Below are positions 29,481-42,752 of a stretch of 64,000 nt of DNA, piece after piece; positions within the stretch are counted from its first letter, which is position 1, and the number at the start of each line of letters is the position of its first letter. The position numbers and the translations under genes are program-made. The notes under the pieces were generated by a model. It saw only the letters and a program-made list of their open reading frames with translations, was not told where the DNA came from and did no database searches. The stretch comes from Octopus vulgaris (Eukaryota), in assembly GCA_951406725.2 (NCBI GenBank), contig OX597820.1, forward strand, positions 65,162,001 to 65,226,000. The letters run 5' to 3'.

Positions 29481-29964
29481 CATTTTGTATTAGATCATAA
29501 ACAGAGGCCACTATATACAGCAAAGCATTTTTTATTGCATCTCCACCTCCGGCTTGCGGATTGTATTGTTGGTTAAACACACTACTTCTATTCACTGACA
29601 GTGTTTCATTGATACTGGAAAATTATAGTCGGGATTTGATCTCAGAACATTAAACAAACGCAGATAAACACTAGTTCAAATCTTTCCCGTTTTAACTTTT
29701 ACGACTCACAATTCAAACTTCGATAAAATGAAGTCTGAATGAAATATTGGAGTTGTTCAGGTCGACTACACCGTGCGTCTGTTACAGCACCTTGTAGTGA
29801 TAAGTACAAAAGGTTAGAGAGGTAGTAAATTAATAGGAATTTTTAGGGCGTCTAACTAAAGACATTTAGTTACAATCTTCACGTTTCAGACTGACTCTTC
29901 ACTCGGGTTCAACTAAAATAAGTACTAGTCAAAACGCAGGTTGAGATATTTGTCTCTTTATATT

Positions 29965-30392
29965 AATATTGGTTTCACATCTTACCATAAGGCAAGCAAT
30001 TTTGAGGTAGGGATTAAGTCGACCGTAGTGTTTAACTGCTATGTATTTTATCAATCCTGAAAGGAGAAAAGGCAAAGACGGTCTCGGCTGAATTTGTGCT
30101 TAGAACGTAAATATGGCTGAAATGCCGCTTAGCATTTGGCCTGGTGTGCAAACGATTCTGCCAGCACGCCGCCGTTGTCTATGCATTAAAATTAATTTCA
30201 AATTTGGTCCTCGGCAGAAAGGGTAAGTCGATTACATCGATCCTGGTACTCAGCTGGTATTTATTTTATCAACCCCGAAAGGATGAAAGCAAAGTCGACC
30301 TCGGCGGAATTTTAACTTAGAATGTAAAGACGGACGAAATGCCGTTAAGCATTTTGACCGGCATGCTAATGATTCTTCCGACTTACCGCCTT
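29965..30392 (-). mobile_element. Two tandem SINE family B copies
   Basis: Two units containing gaaaggatgaaag..gtcgacctcggcggaattt and ending cgccgcc/ccgcc. Confidence 0.85.
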
Positions 30393-31589
30393 GTCTTTCT
30401 TTTTAATATTAGAAATCATTCGTAAAATGCGAGAGTAAGGATAAAATACCCGATCAAATATATAGGCTGATACAAATCCAGTCAGCGTTGATTTGCGGAG
30501 TTTCTGCGCATCATAAATTTATATGTTAATGTAAATGTATAGTTTTGTAATTCATGAAAGGAGTGTTCACTGGAAAAAAAAAAAACATTCGATCGTATCT
30601 AGTCCATTTTCTTTTAAATTTAGTTTATAACCCAGTCATGATTATCGTTTTGTAGCACTGTCTTGGATCAATTAAAGCCAAGACAATTCGTTACATATAT
30701 CGTCATAATATAGGAATGACGTCACATTCTTGTGTAGATATAGCATAACACTATCATCGATTGAATTGTTCCTCGTACGTCACCGCTGCAGTATATTGCC
30801 AAACACAGAAGGATAAAAGGCAAACTTTACCTTGGCGAGATTTGAACTTTTAATCTGAAAGGATCATTTTCTTACAGGAGAGTTTTATGGCGAATATACT
30901 GTTAGATGTATGTATGTATGTTCTGCTATATGTATGTATATATATATATAATGCTGGTGTTGTATATTTTTCAGTACCCACCAAGGTTGATTTAAGCTTT
31001 CACTACTCTGAGGTCAATAAAACAGTTGCTCATAATGCGCTGGAGTTATATGAAGTCTCCTAAGATTGATTTTTCTGTTTATCTTTTCTAATTCTAATTA
31101 ATGGTACTGTGCTGATGTTAAAAATCATATTTGAGTATTCCTACCGTAAAGGTGTTTGGTGGACGTATAAAAAAAGCACTGGTTGCAGCCTGTTCAGTTT
31201 CTCAATCCATTCTTTCACTAAAAGTTATTCTGTCTAGCATAAATGTAAATGATAATTTGTGGCATAAAACCAGTTATAACTGTGCCTTCTTTAAATTAAA
31301 AGCCTTGGCGGATCAAGTGACCTCACCATACGCTGAGAATGGATCTAGAGCGATGGCTAAGTGCAGCCAAACAATAACTAGCGTTGCACGGTTAAAATCT
31401 GGCTGAAAGTAATGGACTTTACTTGGGGACTTGACTTGGATCAAGACATAGAGAAACACTAAAGATTGATCTGAATGGCATGGGATCGTGGAAGACTGAT
31501 TTCACAAAAGGAATAAAGGAATACATATATAAGATATATTCATCTATGAATCACATATAAATCTATTTTACATGAGGTTCCCCAATAAT

Positions 31590-31810
31590 ATTTGTTTCAA
31601 ATCTTGGCACGAGGTCAGTAATTTCGAATAAGTGAGTAAGTTAATTACACCGACCCCAACTTTTTCACTGGCACTTATCTTATCGAACATGAAAGAATGA
31701 AAGACCAAGTCGACATCGGCGGAATTTGAACTCAGAGCGTTAAGACGGACGAAATGCCGCTAAACATTTTGCCTGGTGTGCTAACTATTCTGCCAGGTTT
31801 TCGCCTTGCG
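31590..31810 (-). mobile_element. SINE family B
   Basis: gtcgacatcggcggaatttgaactcagagcgt..gccgctaaacatttt core. Confidence 0.8.
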
Positions 31811-32768
31811 TCTGCCAATAATGTTGGTCTCAAATTTTCGCACAAAGCCAGCAATTTAGGGTCAGTGGATAAGATAACTACATCACTTTCAAATAAAGTA
31901 CAGCTACAGAACTCATAGGTCACAAAGAATTAGCAATACCGCCATTTCAACTTGACATTAATACAGTCCACATTTACTAAGAGTTAAGACTGGGTCCTCG
32001 GTTTTGAGAACTTCAACATACTATTCTATTTGTCCCCACCAGTCTTAGCGATCCAGCAAAATTGAAATCGCCGCTTTTTCTTCCTCAACTTAGACAAAAT
32101 AAAAATTTTATAAATGATTAAATAAAATACACTTGATACGAACAAAAATTTTCAATCGACACTCCTATGCTATTGGTTACAAAACTAAACATTGACATAT
32201 GAATCTGTGGTGTTAAAAAAAAAAAACGTAGCTATGGTTGTGCGCAGTCATTTGGTACAGTAGACAGCGGAAAAATAGCGCACACTAAACATTGAAAGTG
32301 TGTGTTATTGAATTCATCATCACAGGTGGCAATTGTTTGATTGTTAATTTATTAGCTTTAGTTTTTTTTCTTCTTTTATGCAGATAGGAGTGAAATGTAA
32401 ACATTCTGCTGAAGTAACAAGTTGCATGCGCACACATACACACGTGCATACATACATACATACATACATACACGCTCATATGCACGTGAGCGCGCGGCCT
32501 GTGTGTATGTGTGTGTGTGTGTGTATAGGTACGAATGTATTTGTGTGAATGCGTATCTAAGAGCACATTTAGGTATGTGTTCGTGTGGATGTGTGTGCAT
32601 ATATAGGTGTGTGTGTGTGTATGTGTGCTTGAGCGTGTGTCCTTGTTAGTGTGTGTAATGTGTAGTAGCATGTGTAGTTGCATAGTAGTAGTAGTAGCAG
32701 CAGCAGTAGTAGTAGTAGTAACAGTAGTAGTATTATAGTAGTAGTTGTAGTGGTGGTGGTGGTGGTGC

Positions 32769-32816
<48 letters not shown>

Positions 32817-33959
32817 CAGTAGTATTAGTAGTAGTAATAGTAGTAAACCAATCAGACAGATATGTGCACAATATATGTGAATACATACGTACAGACCCAC
32901 ACAGGTATACAAAGCCATAGATGCGCATTCACATACACACGCATATACCATAGACACCAACGTATCCGTGTGTGTATGTGTGTGCATATGTATGCGTCGG
33001 TATGTCGGTATGAGTATGTGTTTATACATTCATAGTATTCCTTATATATGTATGTCTGTCTCTCTGATTGCTGTGTTATTGTGAGTGTCATAAAATGCTA
33101 GGTGGATGGCGTTGTAGAGAAAGTATGGGGGCTTGATTCAGTCACGTATACATGAGTGAATAAATTGAGTTCTTTTGTGTAATTATTATGTAGGTGTATG
33201 TCTCAATGTGGGTGTATTGCTTTCTGCTTTTGTTTTTTTACATATGTGTGTGAGTGTGTGTGTGCGCACTCGCACGCGTGTGTGTGTCTGCGTGTGTGTG
33301 TGTTTTATGTCTAACTCGAGGTCTGATGGGCAACTAATTTTGTGAATCGTGTAAAGTAGTAGAGTCGCCTCAATCTTTTCCTCATGTTCTAAATTGCAAT
33401 TCTATAGACTTCTAGCCGCTCCAGCTTTATCAACTGTAAATATCTTCAAGATATGATGGCGCCTCAACTTGGAACTCGACCTACAAGAAACAACAGCAAA
33501 ATCTTTCTCAAATCGCCATTACAGTCTGAAAACTAAAAAAAAAAAGAAAGTGACATGCTAGTTTCGACTGGAATGTTTTAGTTCTGTCTGATTTGGGTTT
33601 TAATTACAAGAAATATCTAAAATTCTGTTTATTTAAATATTTAAATACTTTTACTGAATTCTAGATTGGTTGAATATAACTTACGTAGTAATAATTCAGT
33701 TTCAGTGCCACACACACGGTTGCTATATAAGTGCCTTTTGCCGTTGTGTCTCGTCTTTCTTCAAAACGAAGTTACTATGGAAATTCAAATGTACATGTTC
33801 ACTTTTCTTGGACAGATAACACTTTCTGGCGTTCAAGTTATTTTCCTTTTTTCTCTTAAAAAAAGACATTTATTTCATAGCGTCTGGTGCGGAATATTCA
33901 CTACTGAGCAGTTAGCTCGCAGACACTCACCTTCAGTCACACATTCATCCATTAACACA

Positions 33960-34006
<47 letters not shown>

Positions 34007-34014
34007 CTAAAGGC

Positions 34015-34422
34015 ATACATAGGAGCAGGCTGCACGGTACGAAGCGTGCATCCCAACCAAATGGATCGGGGTTCAGTCCCACCCCTGCAGCTTCGGTATG
34101 TGTTGTTGACTATTGCCTCAGACCTGTCAAAGCCTTGGGAGTGGATTTAGTAGACGCAAACTGAAAGAAGCCCATCGCTTATACATATGTGTGTGTGTTT
34201 GTGCATCTTTATGTCTGATTTTATTCCACTTCACCGCTTGACAACCTGGTTTCGGTGTATTTATGTCCTTGTAGCGGTTCGGCCAAAGGAATCGATAGAA
34301 AAAGTACAAGCAAAAAAATAAAACAAGAATCAAGTACTGTGATCGATTCATTCGACTAAAAATAATTCAAGACGGTACCTCAGCATGGCCGCAGTCTAAT
34401 GACTGATTAAAAGATAAAAGAA
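34015..34422 (+). mobile_element. SINE family A, diverged
   Basis: gggttcagtccc B box, gtggatttagtagacgcaaactgaaagaagccc, and tail cagcatggccgcagtc. Confidence 0.8.
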
Positions 34423-34696
34423 ATATTTGATTGGCACTGCGCCAGTTATGATGCGTTATTCTATACTCAATGTTTCGGCAATGATATACTAGTAAAGTGA
34501 CGATTAAACGATCGTAGCTTATGCAACAAAGCATACGGCTCAATCCATTTTCTCTTATTCATGTGCATATTTAAACAGGAACGTAAGTTTTCCTCGTTCA
34601 TATTTGAAATTTTTGCATTTTTATAATATTATATGCTTTTATTCATTCCCTAACTTGAAGGGCATACAACAAAAAGCAAGCTGACACGCTTTATCA

Positions 34697-34745
34697 ATGT
34701 ACCTGATGACACCCAGACTAATGGGTTGAAACATATGTTTTACAT
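34697..34745 (+). ncRNA. Type I hammerhead ribozyme motif (slightly decayed)
   Basis: ATGTAC CTGATGA C ACCCA GACTAA TGGGT T GAAAC ATAT GTT TTACAT. Stems are ATGTA/TACAT, ACCCA/TGGGT and the palindrome AACATATGTT. Confidence 0.65.
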
Positions 34746-34810
34746 AATAAAAGTCTAATACGAAATCAATCTCCTAGTATTAATCAATACTATTACATTA
34801 ACTGCCACTG

Positions 34811-35145
34811 CGGTGTTCCTCAAGTACAAAGAACCTATGTACTTGAGCGCTACTCGCTAGGCGTTGAGACATTTCTGGTAACCGCTGGGGCCTAAGGGGA
34901 CGGTAGAGAAAAAGGAGGAAGGCAGTTGGTAGGAAGGCAGTTGATTGGGGGACTCTATGAATTTATTATAATATTATTATAGTTTTGTATACAAATTATA
35001 TAATACATTTATATCAAATGATTCATAGTATATATAAATTAGTAAAATATAAAATATTTATTTATACATAAAAATAGGCGTGGAATGCTGGGGGTATTAT
35101 ATGGCCATGATGTGGGCAGTGGCCCAAGATGTTTGAGAACCTCTG
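34811..35145. mobile_element. hAT (Charlie-like) MITE, degraded
   Basis: Ends cggtgttcctcaa and ttgagaacctctg resemble CAGTGGTTCTCAA-type TIRs; no TSD seen. Confidence 0.45.
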
Positions 35146-35262
35146 CTCAAGTAGATCCACTGGAAGTGTACCTCAACTGCGAATGACAACAGACAGGCTA
35201 AACTGTGCCGGTGCTTTATTCAGTATTTAAACATACTAATCGAATTATACTTATTTCACCAA

Positions 35263-35305
<43 letters not shown>

Positions 35306-35308
<3 letters not shown>

Positions 35309-35847
35309 CTGTCCACCTTTTCGTGTTCAGTCCTTAATTGGTATATATAAATATTTTAATCTTCGGATTCTTTTTAATGTGCTAGACCACTGGTTTTAAT
35401 TGACTAACATCAATTTTTACCCTTAATTTTTAAATATGAAATATATGTTCTCAAACCGATAAATTGACTGCTGCTAATTATTAGCTGCAGGCTGGTTTTT
35501 CGATTATCAGCGCGCCAAAAGTAGAGGCATTTGAAAAATACATCCGAACGTAATAGGTTGTACTTTTTGCATGCGGGACTCCGGTACCGTTTTTCATCTA
35601 GTACAGCATATTATGCTCATAACAAACTACGCTGACGAAGCTACAGATATCCTTGTGATATTAATAGCTGAAACTGTACGGTACGTAGGTGATTATTCCA
35701 TTTCGTATATTTCTTTTGTCTTATCCATTGCTTTAGGTCGTGCTGAATTTTATTTTTATTTGAGAACAAAATCTTTGTGGAGAATGGCGATTTGACGTCT
35801 ATATCTAGCATGTTGACTGTCCACCTTTTCGTGTTCAGTCCTTAATT

Positions 35848-35857
<10 letters not shown>
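35306..35857 (+). mobile_element. 508-bp non-coding retrozyme/PLE pseudo-LTR unit with 44-bp terminal redundancy
   Basis: Identical 44-mer at 35306-35349 and 35814-35857, (TA)n on both sides, internal intact HHR. Confidence 0.8.
35627..35688 (+). ncRNA. Type I hammerhead ribozyme, intact core
   Basis: CTACG CTGACGA AGCTA-CA-GATATC-CTTGT-GATATT-AA-TAGCT GAAA C TGTACG GTA CGTAG. All conserved core nucleotides and three stems are present, with a GUA cleavage triplet. Confidence 0.88.
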
Positions 35858-35912
<55 letters not shown>

Positions 35913-35971
35913 GTATCTATGTATGTATGTATGTAAAAATGTATGTATATACCGAGTATATGTATATATAT

Positions 35972-36626
<655 letters not shown>

Positions 36627-37384
36627 CTCTATACATGCGCTTATATATATACATACTCTATCCACCGCATTGAGATTCGAATCAGGTAATGTTGTTTGCA
36701 CTACGTAAATTACAGCTTTATATTATACCACTTTCTTACGATATGTATGTATGTATGTAATATATGTATGTATGTATGTATATACGTATACATTGATAAG
36801 ATTTCTATTCAAGAGTGTTAGAGGTATTCCTTATTAATTCATTCTTGACCACATTTCTATATTTCTATCAAACTACAGTGTTCTTGTTTCAAATAATTTC
36901 GCAGAAATAATGAAAAACTTAGTGAAGGTCGGTAAAATAATTTTACTCATTAATTTGTATAAAACTATGGTGTTCCAAGAATAATTTAACGATAAATTCT
37001 TACGTAAAAATAATATTCCAATCGACGTGATAACAATAACATTTGTCCACCACTGTAAGACTGGTGGTGATGGTGGTGGTGGTGGTATTGGTGTTGGTGG
37101 CTTTGGTTTCTTTGGAGGTGTTGGTGCGGACAGTGTTAGCTGAGGCGTCGGTGATGCTAGAAGTTGTGTTGAAGGTAGCGGAGACGGTGGTACTACTACT
37201 GTTATTGATGGTATTTGAGTTGGTGATGTTGATAGTGTTGTTGTTGGTGGTGGTGGTGGTAGTGTTCATGATGGTGGTTGGGTGGTGATGCGGGTAGTAC
37301 TGGTTGTGGTGTCGGAGGTGAAATACTTATGAAAGCTGATTATTGCTCTATCATTCATCATTCACATGATGACGACAGTGGTGG

Positions 37385-37708
37385 TGGTGATTGATGGTAG
37401 TGATAGTGAGGTCGACGACAACGACGACGACGACGATGATGATGATGATGACGGTGATGATGATGATGATGATGAAGTTGTGTATGATAGCAGCGGTGTT
37501 GGTGGTGGTGGTTTTGGTGATCAACCTCGTAGTCATGACGGTAGAGGTAGTGTTGATGATGATGATGATGATGATTATGATGATGATGATGATGATGATG
37601 ATGACAATGATGATGATGATGATGATGAAGTTGTGTATGATGGTGGTAGTGGTGGTGATCAACCTCGTAGTCATGACGGTATAGGTGTTAATGATGATGA
37701 TGATGATT

Positions 37709-37740
<32 letters not shown>

Positions 37741-37782
37741 GATTATGATGATGATGATTATGATGATGATGATGATGATGAT
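37385..37782. repeat. (GAT)n-based compound repeat with duplicated unique spacer
   Basis: gaagttgtgtatgat..ggtgatcaacctcgtagtcatgacggta occurs twice (about 37474 and 37627) amid GAT runs. Confidence 0.9.
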
Positions 37783-38301
37783 TTGGTTGGTACCACTTCA
37801 AGTCTGTTGCTGTGGAACCAAGTTTCTCTGTGATTTATTTATGTAGAAGAAGAATAAATAGTTATGCAGCACTGTCTGGACAATGTCAGGAATATCTTTG
37901 TGTAATGGTATCGTGTATGAGACAGTAGTATAGTGGTATCCCGGCAACGTGGAATAGTGAGCAGGTAAAGGTTTAGACAAGGTAACAAGATTAATCATCA
38001 TAGTACCCCATTCGACAAAAACCGTAGATTCAATGTTTGCCATTTTCATTCGACACACGATCGTATGGTTTTGAGTTCGATACCCGGAGGCGTATTATGT
38101 CCTTGGGCAACACACTTTATTTCACGTTGCTCTAGTCTTTTCAGCTGGCAATAAATGAATAGTACATGTAATTCAAAAGAGCCAGGCATCACATGTTCTG
38201 TGTCGCGCTGAATCTCCCCGAGAACTACGTTATTAAGTGTACGCGTGACTGTGGGGTACTCAGCCTCTTGTACGTTGATTTAACGAGCAGGCTGTTCCGT
38301 T

Positions 38302-38481
38302 CATTATTTACATTTGACGAATATTTTCCCTGTTAACACAACGTTTCGGCTGATATACCCTCCAGCCTTCATCAGGTGTCTTGGGGAAATTTCGAACCTG
38401 GGTTCTCATTCGTAAGGTATTTTTTTGATATTACTACTACTACTACTACTACTATTATTGTTATTATTATTATTATTATTA

Positions 38482-38540
<59 letters not shown>

Positions 38541-38621
38541 TAGATCACTGCGTAGAATCGAGCACGTAATCTTGGGGTTAGTAGCCCGCGCCCTTAACCA
38601 CTATACCATATGCACGTGGGA
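38302..38621 (-). mobile_element. tRNA-headed SINE-like element carrying a hammerhead ribozyme, 9-bp TSD
   Basis: TSD TGTTCCGTT at 38293-38301 and 38622-38630. A box TGGTATAGTGG (38598-38608), B-box-like GCTCGATTC (38555-38563), (AAT)n tract, HHR at 38335-38380. Confidence 0.8.
38335..38380 (-). ncRNA. Minimal type I hammerhead ribozyme
   Basis: Minus strand reads GACAC CTGATGA A GGCTG GAGGGTATAT CAGCC GAAA CGTT GTGTT. Stem I is GACAC/GTGTT, stem II is GGCTG/CAGCC, and stem III is the palindrome AACGTT. Confidence 0.75.
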
Positions 38622-38707
38622 TGTTCCGTTGACCGGATCAAATGGAAGGCTTATCGTCGTGACCGATGAAGTGCTAGTATATTATATATGTGATTGTGTG
38701 TGTGTGT

Positions 38708-39146
38708 GTGGCTGAGTGGTAACAAGCTTGCTTTCCTGCCATATGGTTGCTGGTTCAGTCCTACTGGGTAGCACCTCGGACAAGTGTCTTCTACTATAGC
38801 CTCGGGCCGACCAAAACTTTGTGAGTGGATTTGATAGACGGAAACTCAAAGAAGCCCGTTGTATATATGTGCTTGTGTGTGCGCGCGCGCGTGCATATAT
38901 ATATTTGTGTGTTTGTGCCTGTGTTTGTCCCCGCCCCACCATCGTTTAACAAATGATATTGGTGTGTGTTTACGTCCCCGTAACTTAGCAATTCCACATA
39001 AGAGACCGATAGAATAAGTACTAGGCTTACAAATAAAAAGTCCTGGGATCGATTTGTTCGACCAAAAAGCCTACTGAAGGTGGTGCTCCAGTATGGCCAC
39101 AGTCGATTGACTGAAACATGTAAAAGAATAAAAGGATAAAAGAATA
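38708..39146 (+). mobile_element. SINE family A, full length
   Basis: Head gtggctgagtggtaac through to tail gactgaaacatgtaaaagaataaaagg. Confidence 0.9.
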
Positions 39147-39624
39147 TAGTTATAATTCTTTAGTTGTTCTTGTTGTTATTACTGTTTATTGGTGGTCATG
39201 TTTCTTCTGTTTGTTTGTTTAGTTATTGTATTTATTTTATTTGTGATTATGTTTGCTTTTATTTGTCTATTGTTTGTTTGTATTTTTTTGTCTTGTCCGC
39301 AGTTTGTTTGTTAGTCATTGGTTGATATTCCGACAGTTGAAGGTTATCTGACGATTATCAGCTGGTGTTGTTATTGATGTTGGTAAAATCACAGAGAGAT
39401 GTTAAGGAATTTATTTGGATGGTGAGAGATTGCAAGAGGTGAGGATGAGAGAGAAGAGAGAAGTGAGACAGGCTACATGTACTTATAAAAGAGACAGTGC
39501 CTGTGTGTCAGATCGAGTACGTATATAAGAAGGACAAAGTGTAATTGAAAGAGATGCGTACGTGAGATGTTTGTGTTAGAGATAGTGTAGAGAGCAAGCA
39601 GTGATTTGAGGGACACACACATGG

Positions 39625-39674
<50 letters not shown>

Positions 39675-40053
39675 GTGTGTGCATGTATGTATGTATGCAT
39701 GTATGTATGTATGTATGTATGTATGTATGTATGTATGTATGAATGTATACATTGGCGACAAGACACATCAGAGAGAGAAAGTCTAGGATACAAAGACAAG
39801 CAGACAGACAGTGACAGACTGGTAGAGACAAACATATAGATGGAGAGAAAAAAAGAGAGGGAGAGAAAAAAAAGAGAGGGAGAGAAAAGAGAGAGGGAGA
39901 GAGAGGGGGTCAGAGTAATAGACTGAAAGAAATAAAGGGAGAGTATTCGAAGGATGATGTTTAAGCTCACAGAGAGAGAGTTTGGAAGAGGTCGAGAAAC
40001 AAAAGAAAACAATTGTGGGGAAAAAGTGATGAAAAAAGAGAGAAAGGAGGAGC

Positions 40054-40114
<61 letters not shown>

Positions 40115-40329
40115 GGGGAAGAGAGAGAGAAAGAGAGAGAGAGAGGGTGAGAGACTATGACAAGGGATGTGTGCTGTGCAGGCTAGCTGAGTGTGTAAAA
40201 GATAGCGTCAAACAGAAAGTAAGACAGTTATTGCTTAAGGTAAAAAAAATATATAAATGGGGAAATGTAAAGTAAACGTAAAAAGATCGCTATTTTATAT
40301 CATTGTTTATTCATTTATTTATTTATTTG

Positions 40330-41046
40330 TCTGGTATTTGTTGCATCGCCTCCATTACTGGCCCGCTGTTTCGGAGTTGTAACCAACCAGGTCCGTTTGT
40401 CAAGAAGTTTGGGGACAAACGTAAAGACATGCACACGCATACACGTGTTCACACACATCCCTACACACAACAGGTTTCCACGCAGTTTCCATCAACCAAC
40501 TTCACTCAAAAGCCATTAATCGGCCTGGGACTATAGTAATAGATGCTTGCTTACGGTGTCACGCATTGGGACTGAACCAGGAGCCACGTGTACGAAACAA
40601 ACTTCTTAATCACATGCCCATGCTTATTCCCCATTTGGCAAGTTTTCTTCAGGGTTCGAACTTAAAACCAGCTCCTAACTGACTGGCTGCACAGTTTTCA
40701 TTTTTTTTTCTATTAGAAGTTCTGAGGTAACACGGTATATGAATTTTATTGAATTTCTTTAGATACACCCATATTTTACTTCGGTCATCAATCAGCTAGC
40801 TTTCTCAAAGTCCTTTCGTCACCATTCGCGTCTTTATCACTCATATATCACGGCAAACCAAATATAAAAATTAGATCTTTTACCTTCTACTTGTGTTATC
40901 CATTGGATCGCGGTCATGCTGGGGCACCACCTTGAAGAATTTTCAGTCGGATGAATCGACCCTAGTACTTATTTTACAGCCTGCTACTTATTCTATTGGT
41001 GACTTTTGCAGATACGGTAAGTTACGGGGACAAACACAGACACAAA

Positions 41047-41050
<4 letters not shown>
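40330..41050 (-). mobile_element. Two degraded SINE family A fragments (40330-40625; 40877-41050)
   Basis: gggactgaacc, ctatagtaatagatgcttgc and gcggtcatgctggggcaccacc motifs on the minus strand. Confidence 0.65.
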
Positions 41051-41120
<70 letters not shown>

Positions 41121-41423
41121 AACATACATGTCATTGTTTTTCTATACATTCGTTGCTTTCTTCCAAGGAATCTAACGATCTTAGCTTAGTTTTTCCTTGG
41201 AGCAGACCAGACTGGAGCTATCTCGAGTATTATCAGCCGAAATTGCAAAGATAATCTGGAACTCGACTGAGGAAATAAAACTCCGAATGACTCGTCCTTG
41301 TTTTCTTTGTATCATCTATCTGGATGTTTTGTTGTCGCTTTTTTGTATAACCTAACTGCCCGGATGTTTTGCGTTCTTGTCCTATTTTGTATGTTATTTA
41401 TATATATAGCGATGTACGTACTC

Positions 41424-41511
<88 letters not shown>

Positions 41512-41515
<4 letters not shown>

Positions 41516-41707
41516 ATCCAAACATGAAAACACAAAGAGAAAACACAACAAAGCGAACAAGTATAGTGTTACTGGACGCTCAGGAAAGAAGGAAAGAAGG
41601 AGGGCTAAACATTTCGAGCGGAGCTCTTCGTCAGAAACATAGGAAAAGGAAAGATCCAAAGAAGAGAAGACGGAGGAAAAAATCGCCAACGGTACACACG
41701 CAGTAAC
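41512..41707 (-). mobile_element. HHR-bearing PLE pseudo-LTR-like unit
   Basis: Minus strand GTTT CTGACGA A GAGC TCC GCTC GAAA TGTT (41604-41640), then ttcctgagcg and a T-rich tail into (TA)n; same family as 22600-22892. Confidence 0.65.
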
Positions 41708-42396
41708 AGAATAAATACCAGAGTTACAAAGAATAAGTCCTGGAGTCGATTACTTCAACTAAAAAACAATGGTTAAAATATTTTGTGTATTGTAGGATTA
41801 TAAGCAATTTATTGCAATAAACCTTAACAACAAAATCTTAAATGGAACCCCAAAGGCCATATTAACCCCAGAATACTGCTCGTCGTCGTTAGATGTTTAT
41901 CCCGTTTAAACACACTAACTCACCGTGTGCGAATGTGTGTTGTGCAAATAATCGTCCATTTGGAAACGTTAAATGATTGTAAATGTATTATTCTGAAATT
42001 TACGCAGTTGAAATTATCAAGTGAAATGAACAGACGTTTACTCTGCTGCATATAGATCGATCACTGACTGACTTAGCAACAGGAGAAAAATTCTTGTGCT
42101 AAAGATAAAATTTACCAATTCAAGTTTACGATCGTGACATCGCTGCTCTAGTTGCTTGATGGCACTCTTGAGGAAGTTCGGTTCCTTCGGGGCAGACTTC
42201 ATACTCCATGATAAATTTAATCGGTTGATAGATTTTACGTTGCTGCTGAAAATTTTCATGAATTCCCCTATAATGTGACGAATATTTCTTCGGAAGAGTA
42301 AATATAGCAATTATATCCTAGTATGCATTTTAATCGGTTCTTTACAAGGATTTGTATGTAAGTGCGTGCGTGTGTCTATGTATGTTTACATACATC

Positions 42397-42752
42397 GTGG
42401 CACTCCGTCAGTTACGACGACGAGGGTTCCAGTTGATCCGATCAACGGAAAAGCTTGCTCGTGAAATTAACGTGCAGGTGGCTGATCACTCCACGGATAC
42501 GTAGTTCTCGGGGAGATTCAGCGTGACACAGTGACAAGGCTGGCCCTTTGAAAAAACAGAAACAGGAAGAAAGAGTGCGAGAAATTTGTGGTGAAAGAAT
42601 ACAGCAGAGTTCGCACTCACCCCCAGCCAGAGTCTCGTGGAACTTTACGTCTTTTTGTTCAACAATCATACACAACGCCCGGTCTGAGAATCGAAACCGC
42701 GATCCTACGATCACGAATCCGCTGCCCTAACTACTGGGCCATTGCGCCTCCA
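42397..42752 (-). mobile_element. SINE family C variant
   Basis: tRNA-like head (ggcgcaatggcccagtagttagggc..ggtttcgattctc) and the same 3' tail as the 38050 copy, with a different middle segment. Confidence 0.75.

Larger units (their letters stand above)
38050..38675 (+). mobile_element. SINE family C, interrupted at 38302-38621
   Basis: gagttcgataccc B box, tgtccttgggcaacacactttatttcacgttgctc, and tail ctgttccgtt|gaccggatca..cgtcgtgaccga, which matches the minus-strand copy at 42397-42550. Confidence 0.8.

Noticed and set aside
37366-37833. Asp-rich 155-aa ORF resembling an acidic biomineralisation protein
   Set aside because: It is explained by (GAT)n plus one internal duplication. Overlapping frames are also open, and I see no signal peptide or splice context.
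38545-38620. tRNA gene (also the SINE heads at 22000-22069 and 42690-42752)
   Set aside because: The acceptor and T stems do not pair properly; these are tRNA-derived SINE heads.
42038-42310. Possible mariner N-terminal relic or host exon
   Set aside because: Only a short LEQR-like match, which is insufficient to call.
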